Assembly: GCA_053919585.1 (NCBI GenBank) | Contig: CM132790.1 | Source of the DNA: Euprymna scolopes | Taxonomy: Eukaryota | Strand: one strand, 5' to 3' | DNA: 64,000 nt | Shown here: piece after piece, positions 13,135-26,941 of the stretch | How positions within the stretch are numbered: position 1 is the first letter of the stretch | Layout of the letters: every line of letters starts with the position of its first letter | Notes under the pieces: generated by a model | What the model was told of the DNA's origin: nothing | Databases searched by the model: none | What the model saw: the letters and a program-made list of their open reading frames with translations, nothing else | Program-made: the position numbers and the translations under genes

Positions 13135-13694
13135 CAACAGTTAATAAAATATGTTAAAAACACTTTGAAATGAGTTAAAAACATATTTAATATGAAAAGG
13201 AAACACTAGATAAATGGATAGTCCTTAATCCGCGCAGTTTCGAAGAAATACTCTTCTTCTCATAAGAGGGTAGGAATTAGCAAAATGCGGGATCGGATTT
13301 TCCATGCAGAAGTATTTGATGAAACAACAAGTCAGTCAAAGATCTTACTTGAAAACAAAAAAAGTGAAGCACAGGGAATATGGGGAAGAAAAAGGTGATT
13401 ACACATGAATGGATAGTCTGGTGAAAGATAAAAATAATCCAAATGTAAAACTTCAAGAAAGTTAATTAAATTTCCATTTGTACAAGTAAAATCCAAGGAA
13501 ATCCCGTAATTGGAAGAAGATGGTCCATAATAATCCAAAGGCAAAAATCCATGGAATAATTCACAAAAATGTGTACAAGGAAAAAAGAAAAAAAGAAAAG
13601 ATTCCAATAATATTAATAAAAGAAAAATAAGATATGCTTTTCACTCTACTTCTATTTATGTCTCGAAAGTAGAGTGAAAAGCATATCTTATTTT
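13135..13694 (-). mobile_element. PLE pLTR-like repeat, copy A, with HHR-like motif and 5' snap-back hairpin
   Basis: Roughly 85% identical by eye to 34985-35500 in the opposite orientation. HHR-like core at 13237-13266. Perfect 28-bp inverted repeat at 13624-13651/13667-13694. Confidence 0.7.
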
Positions 13695-14299
13695 AGTTTA
13701 AAAACTATTTTTGTTTTATGAATAATATCGGTTCTAAAGTGATTAGCAGAAATGTGCATAGTTGGATATTTCTATTGAATTTTATCATTATTTAGAGAAT
13801 GTTAATAGCAAATTTTATTAATTATTAATAAAATATCTCTATTTTATACAACAAAATAAATATCCGACCTGCCAACATATGTGTTATAAGACATAACTTT
13901 AACGTGATCAGATCTACTACCTGCGTTTATTTTATTCTCATTTAACCTTGTTTATTTTTTATTCTGAAGTTAAATAATTGTGAACAACTTTACAGCAATA
14001 AGATTATGTGATTTCCATGACATTTAACATATACAGTATCCTTAAACCTTCTGTGGTCTTGAGGGCAATTAGTAACAAATGTGAGTTATCAAGTTCTATT
14101 GCTCTATTTACAAAGTCCGTGTCAATAAATTCACTAACCTACGATTATCTTTGAGGCAGTACATCAGCTGTAGGTCTCGCCAGTCGAAAACTACATTGCA
14201 TTTCGCAATTATATGGTGAAGTGATTTATAATGCCATAATTTATCATTAATTCGAGTTACTTACATTTGGCGCACAGTATATTTATTTGTTTGTAGTTA

Positions 14300-15574
14300 C
14301 GAGGGGTGTGCAATAAGTAATGCCCCTGACCCACTCCGCATAGAAGTAGAGCAACGAAACTTGACACAGTTATTAGTCTTTCGCTCCATAGGATCCAGAG
14401 TTATACATTTCTCCCATCGTTTGATGCAGCTCTGGAGACCGTTTTAGTAGAACACCCCAGGTTGGTCCTCCAATCAAGACCTGACCTCAGAAATCTAGGC
14501 TGCATCATCTGGGAAACGCTTTCCTTTCAAAAAACCAGTTCATGGCTGGGAAGGAGTGAAAGTCAGAAGGCGAAAGGTCAGGAGACTAGGGAGGTTGGGG
14601 TTGGAGAATTTTATGACCACAGCCCTTGCTTCTGATCTGGCTACATGCGAGTTGTGGACTGGAGCGTTGTCCTGCAGGAGGAGGGTACTTTGTTGATATT
14701 GTCTTGCTTCTTGATTTTGATAGCTTCCTTTAATTTCCGCAAAAGTGAAGCATAAAAGGTTCCTGTAATTGTGGAAACCTTTGCCAGGAAATTTGTCATC
14801 ACTATTCCATCATGGTCCTAGAAGACTGTGAGCATACCTTGCCACAGGAGGGCTGCCCCCTTGCCTACTTTGGAGGTGGTGAGTCCAAGTGCTTCCACTG
14901 CATTTCCTGGGCTTTGGTCACTGGATCATAGTGATGGACCTAGGTTTAATCCTGTGTAATCAGTCTTTTGAAAAACTTTGACTCATCTTCATGGCACATC
15001 TCTAAATTCCTCCTCGAGCACTCGATGCGTTCTCGCTTTTGCAATCGTGTGAGCAACCTGAGGATCCATCTGGCAGACACCATATGCAAATGGTCATGAA
15101 TGATAGTTTCCACAGACCCTGTTCTAATCTTGACATCTTGGGCTGTTTGGCGAATAGTAAAGCACCGATCATCAAAAATGGCAGCCTCAGCTTGACGGAC
15201 ATCAATGGCAGAAGGGGGGCGACCAGGTCTGGGAGCTGTTTCCACAGACTTCCGGCCATGTTTGAATTCACGATGCCAGCGATTTACAAGGTCATATGAT
15301 GGGGCATTATCACCATAAGTTTCTTTCATTTCATCAAAAGTCTCCTGTGGTGTGCGTACTTTCAAATACAAAAACTGGATCACTGCTCGTCATTCAACAG
15401 ACCCCATTTCACATCTGACTCAGTTCAAACACCTGTACAACAGAAACCACAATTTGTCCAGAGCTATAATGTGCTACATAACTCGTAGAGATATACATCA
15501 TTTCACATGCAAAATTTCAGCTAGATCAGACGACTGAAAGTGGGGCTGAGACATTGCTTATTGCACGCCCCTTG
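14300..15574 (-). mobile_element. Full-length mariner (DD34D, irritans-like), copy 1
   Basis: TIR CGAGGGGTGTGCAATAAGTAATGCCCC with an imperfect counterpart at the right end. TA at 14298-14299 and 15575-15576. Length ~1275 bp. Confidence 0.95.
14373..15407 (-). pseudogene. mariner transposase pseudogene
   Basis: HTH (APSYDLVNRWHREFKHGR, PRPGRP), SARWILRLLT (WVPxxL variant), LITQD, LLQDNAPVH, SPDLSPSDFH. Contains stops and frameshifts. Confidence 0.92.
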
Positions 15575-17299
15575 TAGTTACAGAAAACGTATTACCAGCA
15601 TTAAGAACAACTAGGCAAATCATGTTTTTAGTGAACGGATTGATTTCTTTTAAGCCAGCACATGTACAAATTTGCCAGAATGGGAGCTAGTCTCAATTGC
15701 AACTTTTATAGTGATATTATTAGATTGTTGTCTGGTCAGAATGCTTCTCTGGTCAATGTGCTTGAAAAGTTAAGAAACATCACGAAAATTTGAATTTTGC
15801 TCTGATTATTACTAATCTAATTAAGATCATATAATATAAGGTTGATAGAAAGTTATTTGCAAAAATGTTTACTTATTTTGATGCTCAGGCGCATTGAGTA
15901 TGGTTTAAGAAGCCGACCCGTATATGGTGCATTGTACAAATGATATACAGATAGCCATGTTCATTATATCTTCCTACTATCTATTTACCACGATTAATGA
16001 AAAGATAAGTTGTTAAAGAACCTACAGGCGTATACTCAAGAGTAGCAAACCCGCCGGAAACCTCTTATGCTATGAAATTTAAACGGGAACAAAGACAATC
16101 TATAGAGCATTGTAAATTCTTTCTCAGTCTGATCGATAGATGCGCACACAGAATGCGACCTTATAAATTATTAGTAATTATTCGGACATCTTTTCTACGT
16201 ATACGTACATATAGGTGTTTTATCAACAGTCAGATACGTAAAAATATAATACTTATAATAGATATAATGAAATTAAAAAAAACAGACAAGGAATGGATAA
16301 AAATTTAAATGTGATTTTAATTATTAATATTGAAAAGAACATACTAATAGCGCGTTAAAACAAAATATCTCATCAGAGGTAATGACATTTTTAGAGAGAT
16401 ATAAAATACTGTAACTAACAAGAGGATATAAGTAGAAATAAAATTAATAACGAATATATTGTGATGTGTTATATCAATCTGAAAAATGAGATAAGTTATT
16501 GCAAATTAGCAACTGAAGCACAGGCATTAATCGAAAATTCGATGATAAATCCCTTTCTTCACAATAGGTGCCTTTAATTTCTGCAGCTGCGATTGCATTA
16601 AGCAAGCTAGTAGGCCACCTATTCATAAGTTATAATTACGTATAGGTGAAAAGTATAGATACTAAAATTGATTTGAAGATTAGAAACCAGTGAGCTTTAA
16701 TAAAATATATAATCAGGTAATGAATAATAACATTTTTCCACTATTAAACAATCATTTGCCCTTTGGGACAAGATCAAAGTCTAGTATCTCTTCTTCAGAT
16801 GATGCACTTCAATTTCTTGTTCTCTGTCAGTTGAGGAGAAATCCTTCACGACTGAGACAATTTTTATTTTTGTTCTTTTTCTCCACATAAAAAAAACGAC
16901 CTGACATAAAAATTTGACATTAGTTTATTGCTCTCCGCTTCTCACTCCACCATCAATCCGATGAATGAGGCCAGATTTACATTTTATTTGAGTGAGGAAA
17001 CCCTGCTCGTAGATCTAAGAATGACACCATCTAATTTCCCTTATGTCATAAAAAATTTTAAACACCTCAAAAATACATGGTTCAGAATGCATTCTTGTAT
17101 GGATCAAGAAAATATTGGCTAAGTAAGCATCTGGATTCCTCAACAAATGTCCTACCGAGTCTTACATTCTTGACGTATGCACTACTTATGTAGTAATAAC
17201 ATTAAACACTCTGGAGAAAGAAGTGACCCGCGCATTTATCGAACACCATTCGACCCATAATTAGCTGAAATATTTTAATCATTAATCAATCAAGTTAAT

Positions 17300-18160
17300 T
17301 CAAGCCTAGTATATATTATAAATATTTCTAACATACAGTCTGAATAAAGGAAGTTCCTTTGTATTGAGAATATTTTCAGGGCAAACTACCATGCACTAGA
17401 TACGTTATGAGGTAAAATAATAGAAACATCCAATGTATTCTAGATGTGAGTACGTCGTAAAAGCCTTTGGAGGTGTCTCTTGTGTTGATATATAATGCCT
17501 CTATTATTACTACGATTTATAAAGAAACTCTGATTAAATGTTGTCCAAAATGGGTATATCTGCTGATGCTATCACGTTTAGAGATAGGGAAAAAGCATGT
17601 ACGCATAGTTTAGAAAATTATACTACTTTAAGGAAATCACCTTCTGTATGTAGTTGAATGGGGGAGTACATCGTAATAAGACTAAGCTATTTTTAATTTA
17701 GATAATCAAAAGAAAAAAACATGTTCACAATCAATATACATGACAAGTAAACCCATGCTTTAGAACACATCGTTCACTATTCTGTAGGATTAATCACTTT
17801 TCCTTTTTTTCTTTGCTATACATGGTGCAAAAGAGAGCTTCAAATTAAGTGTGTACTGCAATATCGCTAATTAAATCTCTGGTTCATCCCAATAATATTA
17901 CATCAATTGTCCCGTAATATAATCGAATGATATCCAATGAATAAATACCACCCGTGCGATCTTAATGTTAATGTTTTGTCTACCAATACGTGCAGCAATA
18001 TAACCCACGTTTTCTGACAGGGGATGCGACCATAGTACTTTAAATATAAATAAATTGAACTGCGAGTTGAAATTCAAAGAATTAATGGATAAGGTCAATA
18101 ATCATAGCAAATCAATTTGTTATCCTCTATGATTCCTGCGTGCATAATATGAAATAGGAG
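17300..18160 (-). mobile_element. Decayed PLE 3' half (thumb plus GIY-YIG)
   Basis: Minus strand: TGVFIHWISF (with a frameshift), VLKHGFT (NGYP-like), VV*FSKLC, FGQHLI, IEALYINT. Confidence 0.5.
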
Positions 18161-19080
18161 TCACNNNNNNNNNNNNNNNNNNNNNNNNNNNNNNNNNNNN
18201 NNNNNNNNNNNNNNNNNNNNNNNNNNNNNNNNNNNNNNNNNNNNNNNNNNNNNNNNNNNNNNNNNNNNNNNNNNNNNNNNNNNNNNNNNNNNNNNNNNNN
18301 NNNNNNNNNNNNNNNNNTAAATGTAAAATCGATCTATAGTTAAAATCGATACACTATAATTTCTATATTAACATCTCTGAATATACCTTGAAATGAAATT
18401 ACAAGCTAAAACATTGCACCTTAGACTATTTATTCAAGCGTGTTCCACTCATGATATACATTTCTTAAACAAAAAATACACAATGTGTAAATGCTTTTAC
18501 TTTTAGGGCATAAGACAGGTACGTGAGCTGTGCTTGATAGATATATAACTACCATCGCGTCATGTGCACTTAATTATATCGACACTGCAAAATATAATTA
18601 TACATCACAAAACACAATTTAAACATAAGGTATTACTTGTCACCGTTAAATGAAAAAATGGGAGTGGTACTAAATTATAATTTAATTTATAAAACTAACT
18701 ATGAGTGTATCTCTTTCTGTCGGTGTCCATATTTTCAAACACTCTATATGTAAAAACTAAAAGTGACAGAGCAGGGCTAAGGGGCTAATATAATTGGATT
18801 CTTCATGGGTCATTTTTTCTAGGGCTTTAGCCGGTTAAAATAATTTTATAGGGATCAAAAAAGGAACATAAGTAAAGAAACTTTTTATGCATTCATATTT
18901 GTTTGTTTTGTAAAAATGTATATCGGGTTTCATGTTAGTACAGTGGTAACTGCTTTTTGATTCTAGAGTTTCGCTTTCTGTTTCGATTCTAGCTGATGGC
19001 ATACAGACATAATATATTTTTACTTTTGATATCAATACTCTAACATAATATATTCCAAATATTATTTTAGAGTATATTAA

Positions 19081-19116
19081 CGCTCGGGCAAAGCCGAACA
19101 CACCTCACTACTAGTA
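19081..19116 (+). mobile_element. Helitron-type 3' end
   Basis: CTCGGGCAAAGCCGAA hairpin followed after about 12 nt by CTAG|T. Confidence 0.5.
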
Positions 19117-20150
19117 TATAAGAATTTGAAAGTATAAAACTTCCGCAATGTACTTTGCACACCCACAATATCTTAATATGTGGATACATTCATCTTATAT
19201 AAATTGTTAAATAAAAAAGCATTTAGGCTAGCAACTTCATCTGTGTATTTTTCTATGAAGACCGTTAAATCCGTGTCCCAATCTCATAGCTTTTGCGATG
19301 GCTCTTTTCAGACATCCAACTGACATACATGAAGGTATGTTGCAAGATAAAAAGTTGTTTCAAAATTTGGCAGCTAATATTTTAAAGCTGATTCTCTCAA
19401 ATTCGAAGTACTTTATAAGCATTTGTAGGAATTTTTTGTTTTAGTTTTCTTTATCCATTAGCCACATATTTCTATAGAATCTTGAATACTCACCAATTAA
19501 AGTCAAAGCACGCTAATTAGATCTGCCGTCACTTCTATAATTAAGAAAAATATTTAATTTTTTCAAATCAAATTTCCTTAATTTTTAGTCTGGTTTGTAT
19601 AAGAATTGGTGACTATTAAGGGTTACCGTGTTGTGTGCTTGGGCTTTTTTCTCCAGAGACAAAAAGGTCAATATGCTTGTGCAGTTAAAGGAATTTCAAA
19701 ATGCAGCTATTCGTAGGAAGACAGTGTTATAGTCATTTCAGTATATAAAGGCCTCTACAGGTAATGTGTTTAATATTGTCTGTGAAATTATTATCAGAGA
19801 TTTTTAACTATTACTAACAAAAGTAATTTCTCTTTTTTTAACTTTTCATCCGTGGACATCGTCTCCGATATAAAAAAAATATCTTTAATAAGATAAATAT
19901 TATACGTTTTCTGATATCGAATTAAACACATCAGATGGTAAAACTGTGTACAAAGTTTTAATTCATAGGATTCTCTTAGATCTAGTGATAGGATATATAT
20001 ATATGTCAATAATAAATAGCATTAAAAATAAGTAATGTTGATTTTTCTTATACATTGACGCCGTATGCTAAAAATCTCAACTTAATTCTTTATTCAAACA
20101 ATAAGGTTCTCTTCCGAAAAAATATGTTTTATTAATTACATTTTTACAAA

Positions 20151-20243
<93 letters not shown>

Positions 20244-21101
20244 GGCGATATTTACATTATGGCCTCATGAGAATGTGTACTTTATTGAGTTTGTTTTATA
20301 ACTTAATCTCAAAAAAAACATTATTTCACAAAAATCTTTAACTAGAAAAAAGGGTTGCATATAAATATTGTAAGTCCATGCAGTATATCACTATAACTTT
20401 ATTTTATAATCTGTAATTATTATAGGTATAATAATCACGATTTTTATTTTTTCTATAGATTATGTAAACTAATGTTATCGAAACAGGGCACACTATATAA
20501 CTATAACTATCTATAAATATAAAATATATTTTGCTGAATGGCAAAAATGTAAGAAAACATAAATATTACTGTATGCTATCTCATATAAGGATTAGCCCGA
20601 CAGCCGAATAGCATAATTCATATCCTTCATTGTATGTATTTTATATATTTTATTTATCTATGGTCCGTTAAAAGATGCAATTCATTTTCTAAGTATATTT
20701 TCTTTGTATGTGCTTAGTAGCAATATTATTTCAAATTAAATCTAATATTAGCTAAAGCCTTTTCTTTTGAAAATCCATCATTGAGAAAAAAATCTTAACT
20801 TTATTCTTTATTCAAAGAATCAATTTCTGTTCTCAAATTTCTTTTGTTTTTTTCTGAATGAAATTTAAACAATTAACCTATAAAATCTATTTGCTCCATC
20901 AAGTATATTGAGCTATTTTTTGGCTGGGATTGAGTAATATAATANNNNNNNNNNNNNNNNNNNNNNNNNNNNNNNNNNNNNNNNNNNNNNNNNNNNNNNN
21001 NNNNNNNNNNNNNNNNNNNNNNNNNNNNNNNNNNNNNNNNNNNNNNNNNNNNNNNNNNNNNNNNNNNNNNNNNNNNNNNNNNNNNNNNNNNNNNNNNNNN
21101 N

Positions 21102-21780
21102 TGTGCATGTGTGCGTGTCTGTGTACGTTTCCCTACGAAATATTTTACGTCTACATAATCGAAATTAACTATACGGAGTAGTGAGATATGGGAACATCTT
21201 TGTGATCGCTTTCGGTCAGGAATGTAGCGGTTAAGGGGTCAAAGTACAACGATTTTACCTTTGAGAACTCTACAGATCTACTCCGACAATGTTGAGTCAA
21301 ACCACTTTAAATTTTAGATATAGGTTTCGTGGGTATGGATCTAACTTAATAACTTGATTTGAGCCCAAAATAATAAATGTTAAGAGGTCATAAAAAGGGT
21401 CGAATAAAAAAATGACCTCTGCGGTCTCTACCAAATTGCTCACGCAATTTTTGCTCTAAACATTTGAACTGAATTTTTGCTCTAAACAGTTGAACTAAAT
21501 TTTGAAAGCTTTTTATCCGTTTGTGGTCAAAAATTATTAGTTACCAATATATAAATGTAAGTATGTGTGTATTTATATATGTTTGAATGTCTGCCTAAAA
21601 CTTTCGAGAGATGTGACGGATATTTACACGATCAGTATCATTTTGAACTTCGATCTCTCAGACGACAAATATCGAAAAATTAGCTAAACACATTAATATC
21701 TTCATCTTCAGCAGGGCACTTTTCTACAGGGGTCGAATTGTTCGCCAATATTTTCGTAAGTTATCCCCTCCTAGCCGTAA
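21102..21780 (+). mobile_element. Non-autonomous Helitron-like repeat, partial copy
   Basis: Colinear similarity to 49120-49790 (e.g. TTTTAGATATAGGTT, ATCTAACTTAATAACTTGA, CAGACGACAAATA). Contains a 26-bp tandem duplication at ~21446-21497. Confidence 0.7.
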
Positions 21781-23099
21781 TACAAATCTCTATCATTTTG
21801 GTCTGGCGTGCAATTTATATTCGAGCCTAAATACCAGCTTCTTTTTTGTAATTAATATTTTAATGTTAAAAGTTTTCAAGTAATTTGATTGTATGAAATT
21901 GACGTATAAAAAAAAAAGAATTAAAGAAGTTTAAAACTTCCTTGATTATTTTTTGTTCAATTGATTCTTTTTTGTTTATCTAAAACTAGTAGAAAGTTCC
22001 TGTTTGCATTTCCCGAAGAATCACGCTTGGATTTGAATTATTGGCTTGTTTTTTTTCTCAAATAAAAAATGGTATGAAGACAATTTCAACTTCAATGGAA
22101 AACACAAATAAAAGTCATCAAATTCCGATGAAAAAGAAAACAGAAGCGATTTAGTTTGTTTTTTATTTGCATATTTTAATCGAGAAAAATTGTTGATTAA
22201 AAAATATTTCACGGCTTTATTTTTATTTCGTTACGCACGCGCAGTCTTATTCCAACAGAAAATTAGGACCTGGAACAATTGCGTGAAAATATGCGTTGGT
22301 AGCGTTCGGTTATTTAATAAATTTAGCGTAACATTTTGTCCTTTATTTTTAAAACAAATATTCGTTTTTTTTTTGTGCATAGCTTAAAATATTCAATTTT
22401 ATGAGCTATAAAATCATACGCATGCAAAACGAACCCATCCAGTTTATATACTTTGTAAATTACAATAATCAACTCCGCAGAAAGTAATTTTGTTTAAATA
22501 TTTATAATTACGTTATATAAATTTATGTTGTATATAATTATCATGTAAATAATTCCGGTGTATCTAATTAGGGCTGTACAAGAAACTGAAAAGAAGCAAT
22601 TAAGTATTTTATAAATAGAACACAAATGTAAAATATATGTTAAATAAAACATATCTAACAATGAATGTTTCAAATAATGCACAACAATATGAATTAAAAT
22701 GAACACACACGGTCGATGGTATTTCTAATTAGCCAAAATATGATATTCAGTTTAAAATGCGTGAGAAATTGAATATATATTACTGAAAGTAGACCCTAGT
22801 ACATATATTATACAATTATTGATATAGTTTGGCCAAAGCGAGATACACGCAAACAAATGTGTTTATTGTCTATCTTTATTTCAGTTATATAAACTTTGTT
22901 ATGTGCTCAAGTTCAGAGAAAATGAAAATATCAAACACAGGGACGTCATCAGACAATTCGACTCAGGGCACAAATCTTTCAACGAAGGAAAAAATTATAA
23001 TCTTGTCATAGACTTGATGCTGTCACTTTACAGGAATAGAATAAAAGTGTGAGAACCCAGAGAATACGTCGATATATAAATTGTTAACACATAAAGAGG

Positions 23100-23260
23100 C
23101 ATTGGTTGATTCCTTCAGGGGATCCATCTTGGGTTCAACTCTCTGCCTAATCTATATTATTTATCTTCCAAATAACATCCTTACATCATTCGAATATAAT
23201 TCTCTCTCCTCTGATCTTGAGCATGTAGTACAATGGGGAAAAGAATAATAAGTAGAAGGA
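23100..23260 (+). mobile_element. LINE RT fragment (CR1/L2/Jockey type)
   Basis: GSILGSTLCLIYIIYLPNNI matches QGSILGPxLFLIYINDLP. Followed by SLSSDLEHVVQWGKE. Confidence 0.7.
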
Positions 23261-23499
23261 AAACCGGCTGCTTTCACTTCTTAACTATCCTTTCCGATGT
23301 GGGAAAACCAATCAGCAACCGACCGCTTACTTTTATCACTTTTGAAAATGGGCTCTCTACATTTTAACTTCTAATCATTTTTGCAAACTTGTTATAAACC
23401 ACATTTGTTGATCAATAATTATGTATCGGACGATTAGTGTACTTATTCTCCCTGTACGTTAAACGTTTTGCAATCCCTAGTATTGAGACATATGCACAT

Positions 23500-24090
23500 T
23501 GGAACATTTAGAAGGGTATGACACAATGAGTATTTCTATCCTTGGGAGAGCGTGCTGCTAATCTACTAACGATAGTCAACAAAAAGTGTCGGTGGGAGAG
23601 ATCGTGCTAATAAAATACGACCGTTTGCGAATATAGGCAAGGTACTTAATCGCATTAATGGGAATGATGGTAAAGTCCGCTCGGCATATATACTAATGGA
23701 CGTTGCGAACATGATCCATTCCTTAAAACATTTACAATCCCTGAACTTAAAGAATATTTATCTGTCGTCTTCAGCAGACTTTATTAAAGATGATGGCCAC
23801 CTTTCATGACCTACTTGTTCCGTCGCAAATAACGGATCTTCTTCTACGGTGTGTTGTTACGTCTATGCCATTGATAATATATTAGTAATCGAGATAACAC
23901 CATGTTTATTGGCTAAGAATTCATTAAGCATAGCAGACAGAAAAAAAAACTGCATAGTTGATTGCGTCTTTGTAACAATCACATATGCTTATCTTTAACC
24001 TAATTAACAGTCTGAGGCATATTTAATAACTAAATAAGTTCATGGATATCCATTACTTTTTCTTTGATCATTTGGGGGGGGAGGGAATTA
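23500..24090 (+). mobile_element. BEL/Pao integrase C-terminus (DUF5641-like) and 3' UTR
   Basis: KVSVGEIVLIK, IGKVLNRINGNDGKVRSAYI, SLKHLQSL. G-rich PPT-like tract at ~24073-24086. Confidence 0.7.
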
Positions 24091-24212
24091 CACAAGTTGA
24101 ATTATTCCACCTCATTGATTGATTAACTTAACACATTGTTTTTAAAACAGTTTTTTGATTGGTTTATTTTTAATATGAACCCGCGTAAGGGCGGGTTTGT
24201 TAAACTAAAACT

Positions 24213-24299
<87 letters not shown>

Positions 24300-24389
24300 T
24301 ATATGGGGGTATATAAGTGTGTGTGTTTGAGTGTGTATAAAATAGTCAATAGAGAATTATCTCTGTAATAATAAATATAAGGTCTGCGT

Positions 24390-25819
24390 GAAGTAAAACA
24401 GAGCAAAGATCGACAAAAGAAAAGGAAACAGCAAATGCGGATGCGGATAGATGAAATAGAGATGATAAAATAGACAAACAATAAAACACATAATGCATTA
24501 AACTTACGAAAAAAATATTCAATAATAAAGACGATCAAGTTGGAAATCCAGCACACATAGGAATTATCCCAACAACTTCATCTTGCACAAAAAAGACAGC
24601 CCATACAAGCACATTCCGTCAGTAGTACTTGAAAGTTAACATAACAAAATCCTAGGAAACATGTTAACAATAAAAGCAAGTAGTCCTGAAGTCAGAATAT
24701 TTTACAAGAAGGAAAATTCTTGCAAGATTTTAGATATACATCATTCTAGCGAACGATACAGTAAATAGAAAAAGGACTGACTAGCAATAAAATACTTGGA
24801 ATTTGTCAGATACCTGAGAGAAATATGAATCATTAAAAACAGCACTAATACTCGTAGAAGTATTAGCAACAATCGCGAATCGAAATCAAATGAATGGCTG
24901 GGAAGATGCAACAATGAAGAATAATGAAAACGGCTGAAGTATTAAGAAAAATCTAACATATGAGCTATGATCAATAACAAAACTCTTATAGAAGTGAAAA
25001 TAATAGAAACATTACGGGGGATGAATAAAACTGAAAGAGTATACCTCGATGAGTATAAAGTGTACCGGGAATGTTGTAGTTTCATTTTCATTCATATTCT
25101 AGTGAAGACCACCGAAATATCAGTGGTACGCGCCTGTTGCGATTATGCAAGTTAATTTGAAATTGAAAGAGGAAAAGAGTACTGGAAATCCTGGGATACT
25201 TGTTGTCACTTACACACAGAAGAAAAGCATAGGTTGTTCTCGAAAAAAAAACTCTTGGAATAGGAGAAATAAGATTCTACAGGAAGGATAAGAAGATACA
25301 ACGGATATCAACAACACGACCGAAATCTTAAGGAAACCACTTGAATCCAGTAACAAATCAATATATGTCCCTATCGCTACGCACCAATATAGGCAGCGCA
25401 AATACAGAAAACCCACACGGATATAGACACCATATTATTGGACGTAAAATATCCCATGAAAAGCTTGTAACGCCAGCATCATCTGTCATAACAGTAAATA
25501 ACCCTAATAAATAGAGGTTGATAAAAAGACAGCGGTGAACACATTAACCATGCTTCAAATAGGTGAGTGCCGAGAGGACGAGGACATTAGTTAAGCTTAA
25601 TGCCTCCCAAACTGTAGTAAAGACAAATTGTCAGTACTAGCGGAATGTCAGTTGATAGTGAGTTTTGCCATAATGAAAATTTATTTGCAAACGTTGTTGA
25701 AAGATATCGATATTTATGGGAATCTGGGAAGAATCATTTTCCCCAAACACTAAAGAATATTTTTTGATTGTTGTCAGTGAGCAGTCTCTGATAAATACTT
25801 GCGTGAGACCTTGTGTAAC

Positions 25820-25863
<44 letters not shown>

Positions 25864-26422
25864 TAATAATAATAATAGAACTTGAAACTGAAAGTCACAC
25901 AGTGCTATGGGGCATGTATATAAGAACAGATCAGTTCATCCAAGCAAGAATTCCAATTTTCATAATAGTTAACACAATTGAGATTAACACTTCGATTGTA
26001 AATTGATCAACCAATACTCACGCCGCCCCCGCCAATTTGTTTGTGTCACTAGAAACTGGCGCTACACCAACTAACTAAGGAAGATCCCAGGACGATGGAA
26101 AAACGGATGAAAGGCAGCACTGAGAAGACCTTCCTTGGAGGTCTGCAAAGAGACGGACTGTCGGGAGGTTTTCTGCCAGCTAAATTCCAGCAACTACTAA
26201 TGGTCGCTACCAACGAGTAATCAATGTTAAAGAGCTATTGCAATAACGAAGTATTCTTTTTTACAATATTATTGAAAGAGTTGATGAGCAGTAGAGATGT
26301 TAGGCGTTATGTGTTCACTCAAACTAAAAGTAACACTACGGTGTGTTTCATAGCGAAATCTTTGATGTTACCTCGCGTGAAATGCTCTCATGAGTTGATA
26401 ATTACAATATGAAAAACTAGGA

Positions 26423-26485
<63 letters not shown>

Positions 26486-26870
26486 CTCCATGTACAAACA
26501 AGACAAAGAAACGGATGCATATGTAAAACGCAAAGGAATTTCACATGGAATAATAAAAACCAATATTGTGAAATTGTAAGATGCTGCACCATTTTTGTGA
26601 GTTTCATCAAGTAATGAGTGCCAAGGAAAATGGAAAGACTAAAGAGAGAAAGCACGAAGCCATACCCCCCCTAACTGAGTGCAAGGAAGACTCGGCCGTT
26701 GCGGAGGCTTATTGCCACCAAAATACCTGTGAAGAGAAATTGTAATCCCCAACAAGAAATCAACGAAAGGCGGCTGTTGCCATAACGCCAATTTTTTGTT
26801 GTCAAATGTCATCGAAAAAGTTGGAGAGTACTAGACGTCTGGGGACACTTGTCACTCGGAACTCAAATAC
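24390..26870 (+). mobile_element. Cluster of R4/Dong-like (RLE) non-LTR retrotransposon fragments separated by (TAA)n
   Basis: RAKIDKRKGNSKC..CG (CCHC region, ~24400). KYL(G)-like motif at ~24790. ETESHTVLWGMYIRTDQFIQARIP (RLE ILWD..TD..ARRPD, ~25880-25960). Two similar 3' ends, AGAGTACT.GA..CTGGGA.ACTTG..TCACT, at ~25177 and ~26826. Confidence 0.65.
25818..25877. repeat. (TAA)n microsatellite (also 26423-26484, 28521-28591, 61381-61425)
   Basis: Direct observation. Confidence 0.99.
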
Positions 26871-26941
26871 ACTACATGTTGTTCTCTGAAAGCAATCTTT
26901 GATGATGTGTGACTACTACTAGTGAGTAAGTGTCCTTGATA

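Larger units (their letters stand above)
13700..16250 (-). mobile_element. Decayed Penelope-like element interrupted by a mariner
   Basis: Minus strand: LYRLS..KFH..FRRV (LYGLPKIHK..RP), LAPILANLYMCWL (~15650-15690) and a YxDDTF-like remnant at the mariner junction. After the mariner come VNRAIEL and the GIY-YIG-like VVxLITLKLC..NTYVGRS (~13865-13920). Confidence 0.7.

Noticed and set aside
14291-15581. 10-bp direct repeat TTGTAGTTAC at both ends of mariner copy 1, suggesting a long TSD
   Set aside because: It overlaps the TIR ends. The empty site is a TAGTTAGTTA micro-repeat with a normal TA duplication.
19290-19770. Several AG...GT micro-exon-like segments
   Set aside because: Expected by chance at this length, with no consistent frame or recognisable product.
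26120-26155. CTGAGA-AGACCTT/GAGGTCT-GCAAA hairpin resembling a hammerhead
   Set aside because: Both core boxes are defective, and stems I and III are absent.
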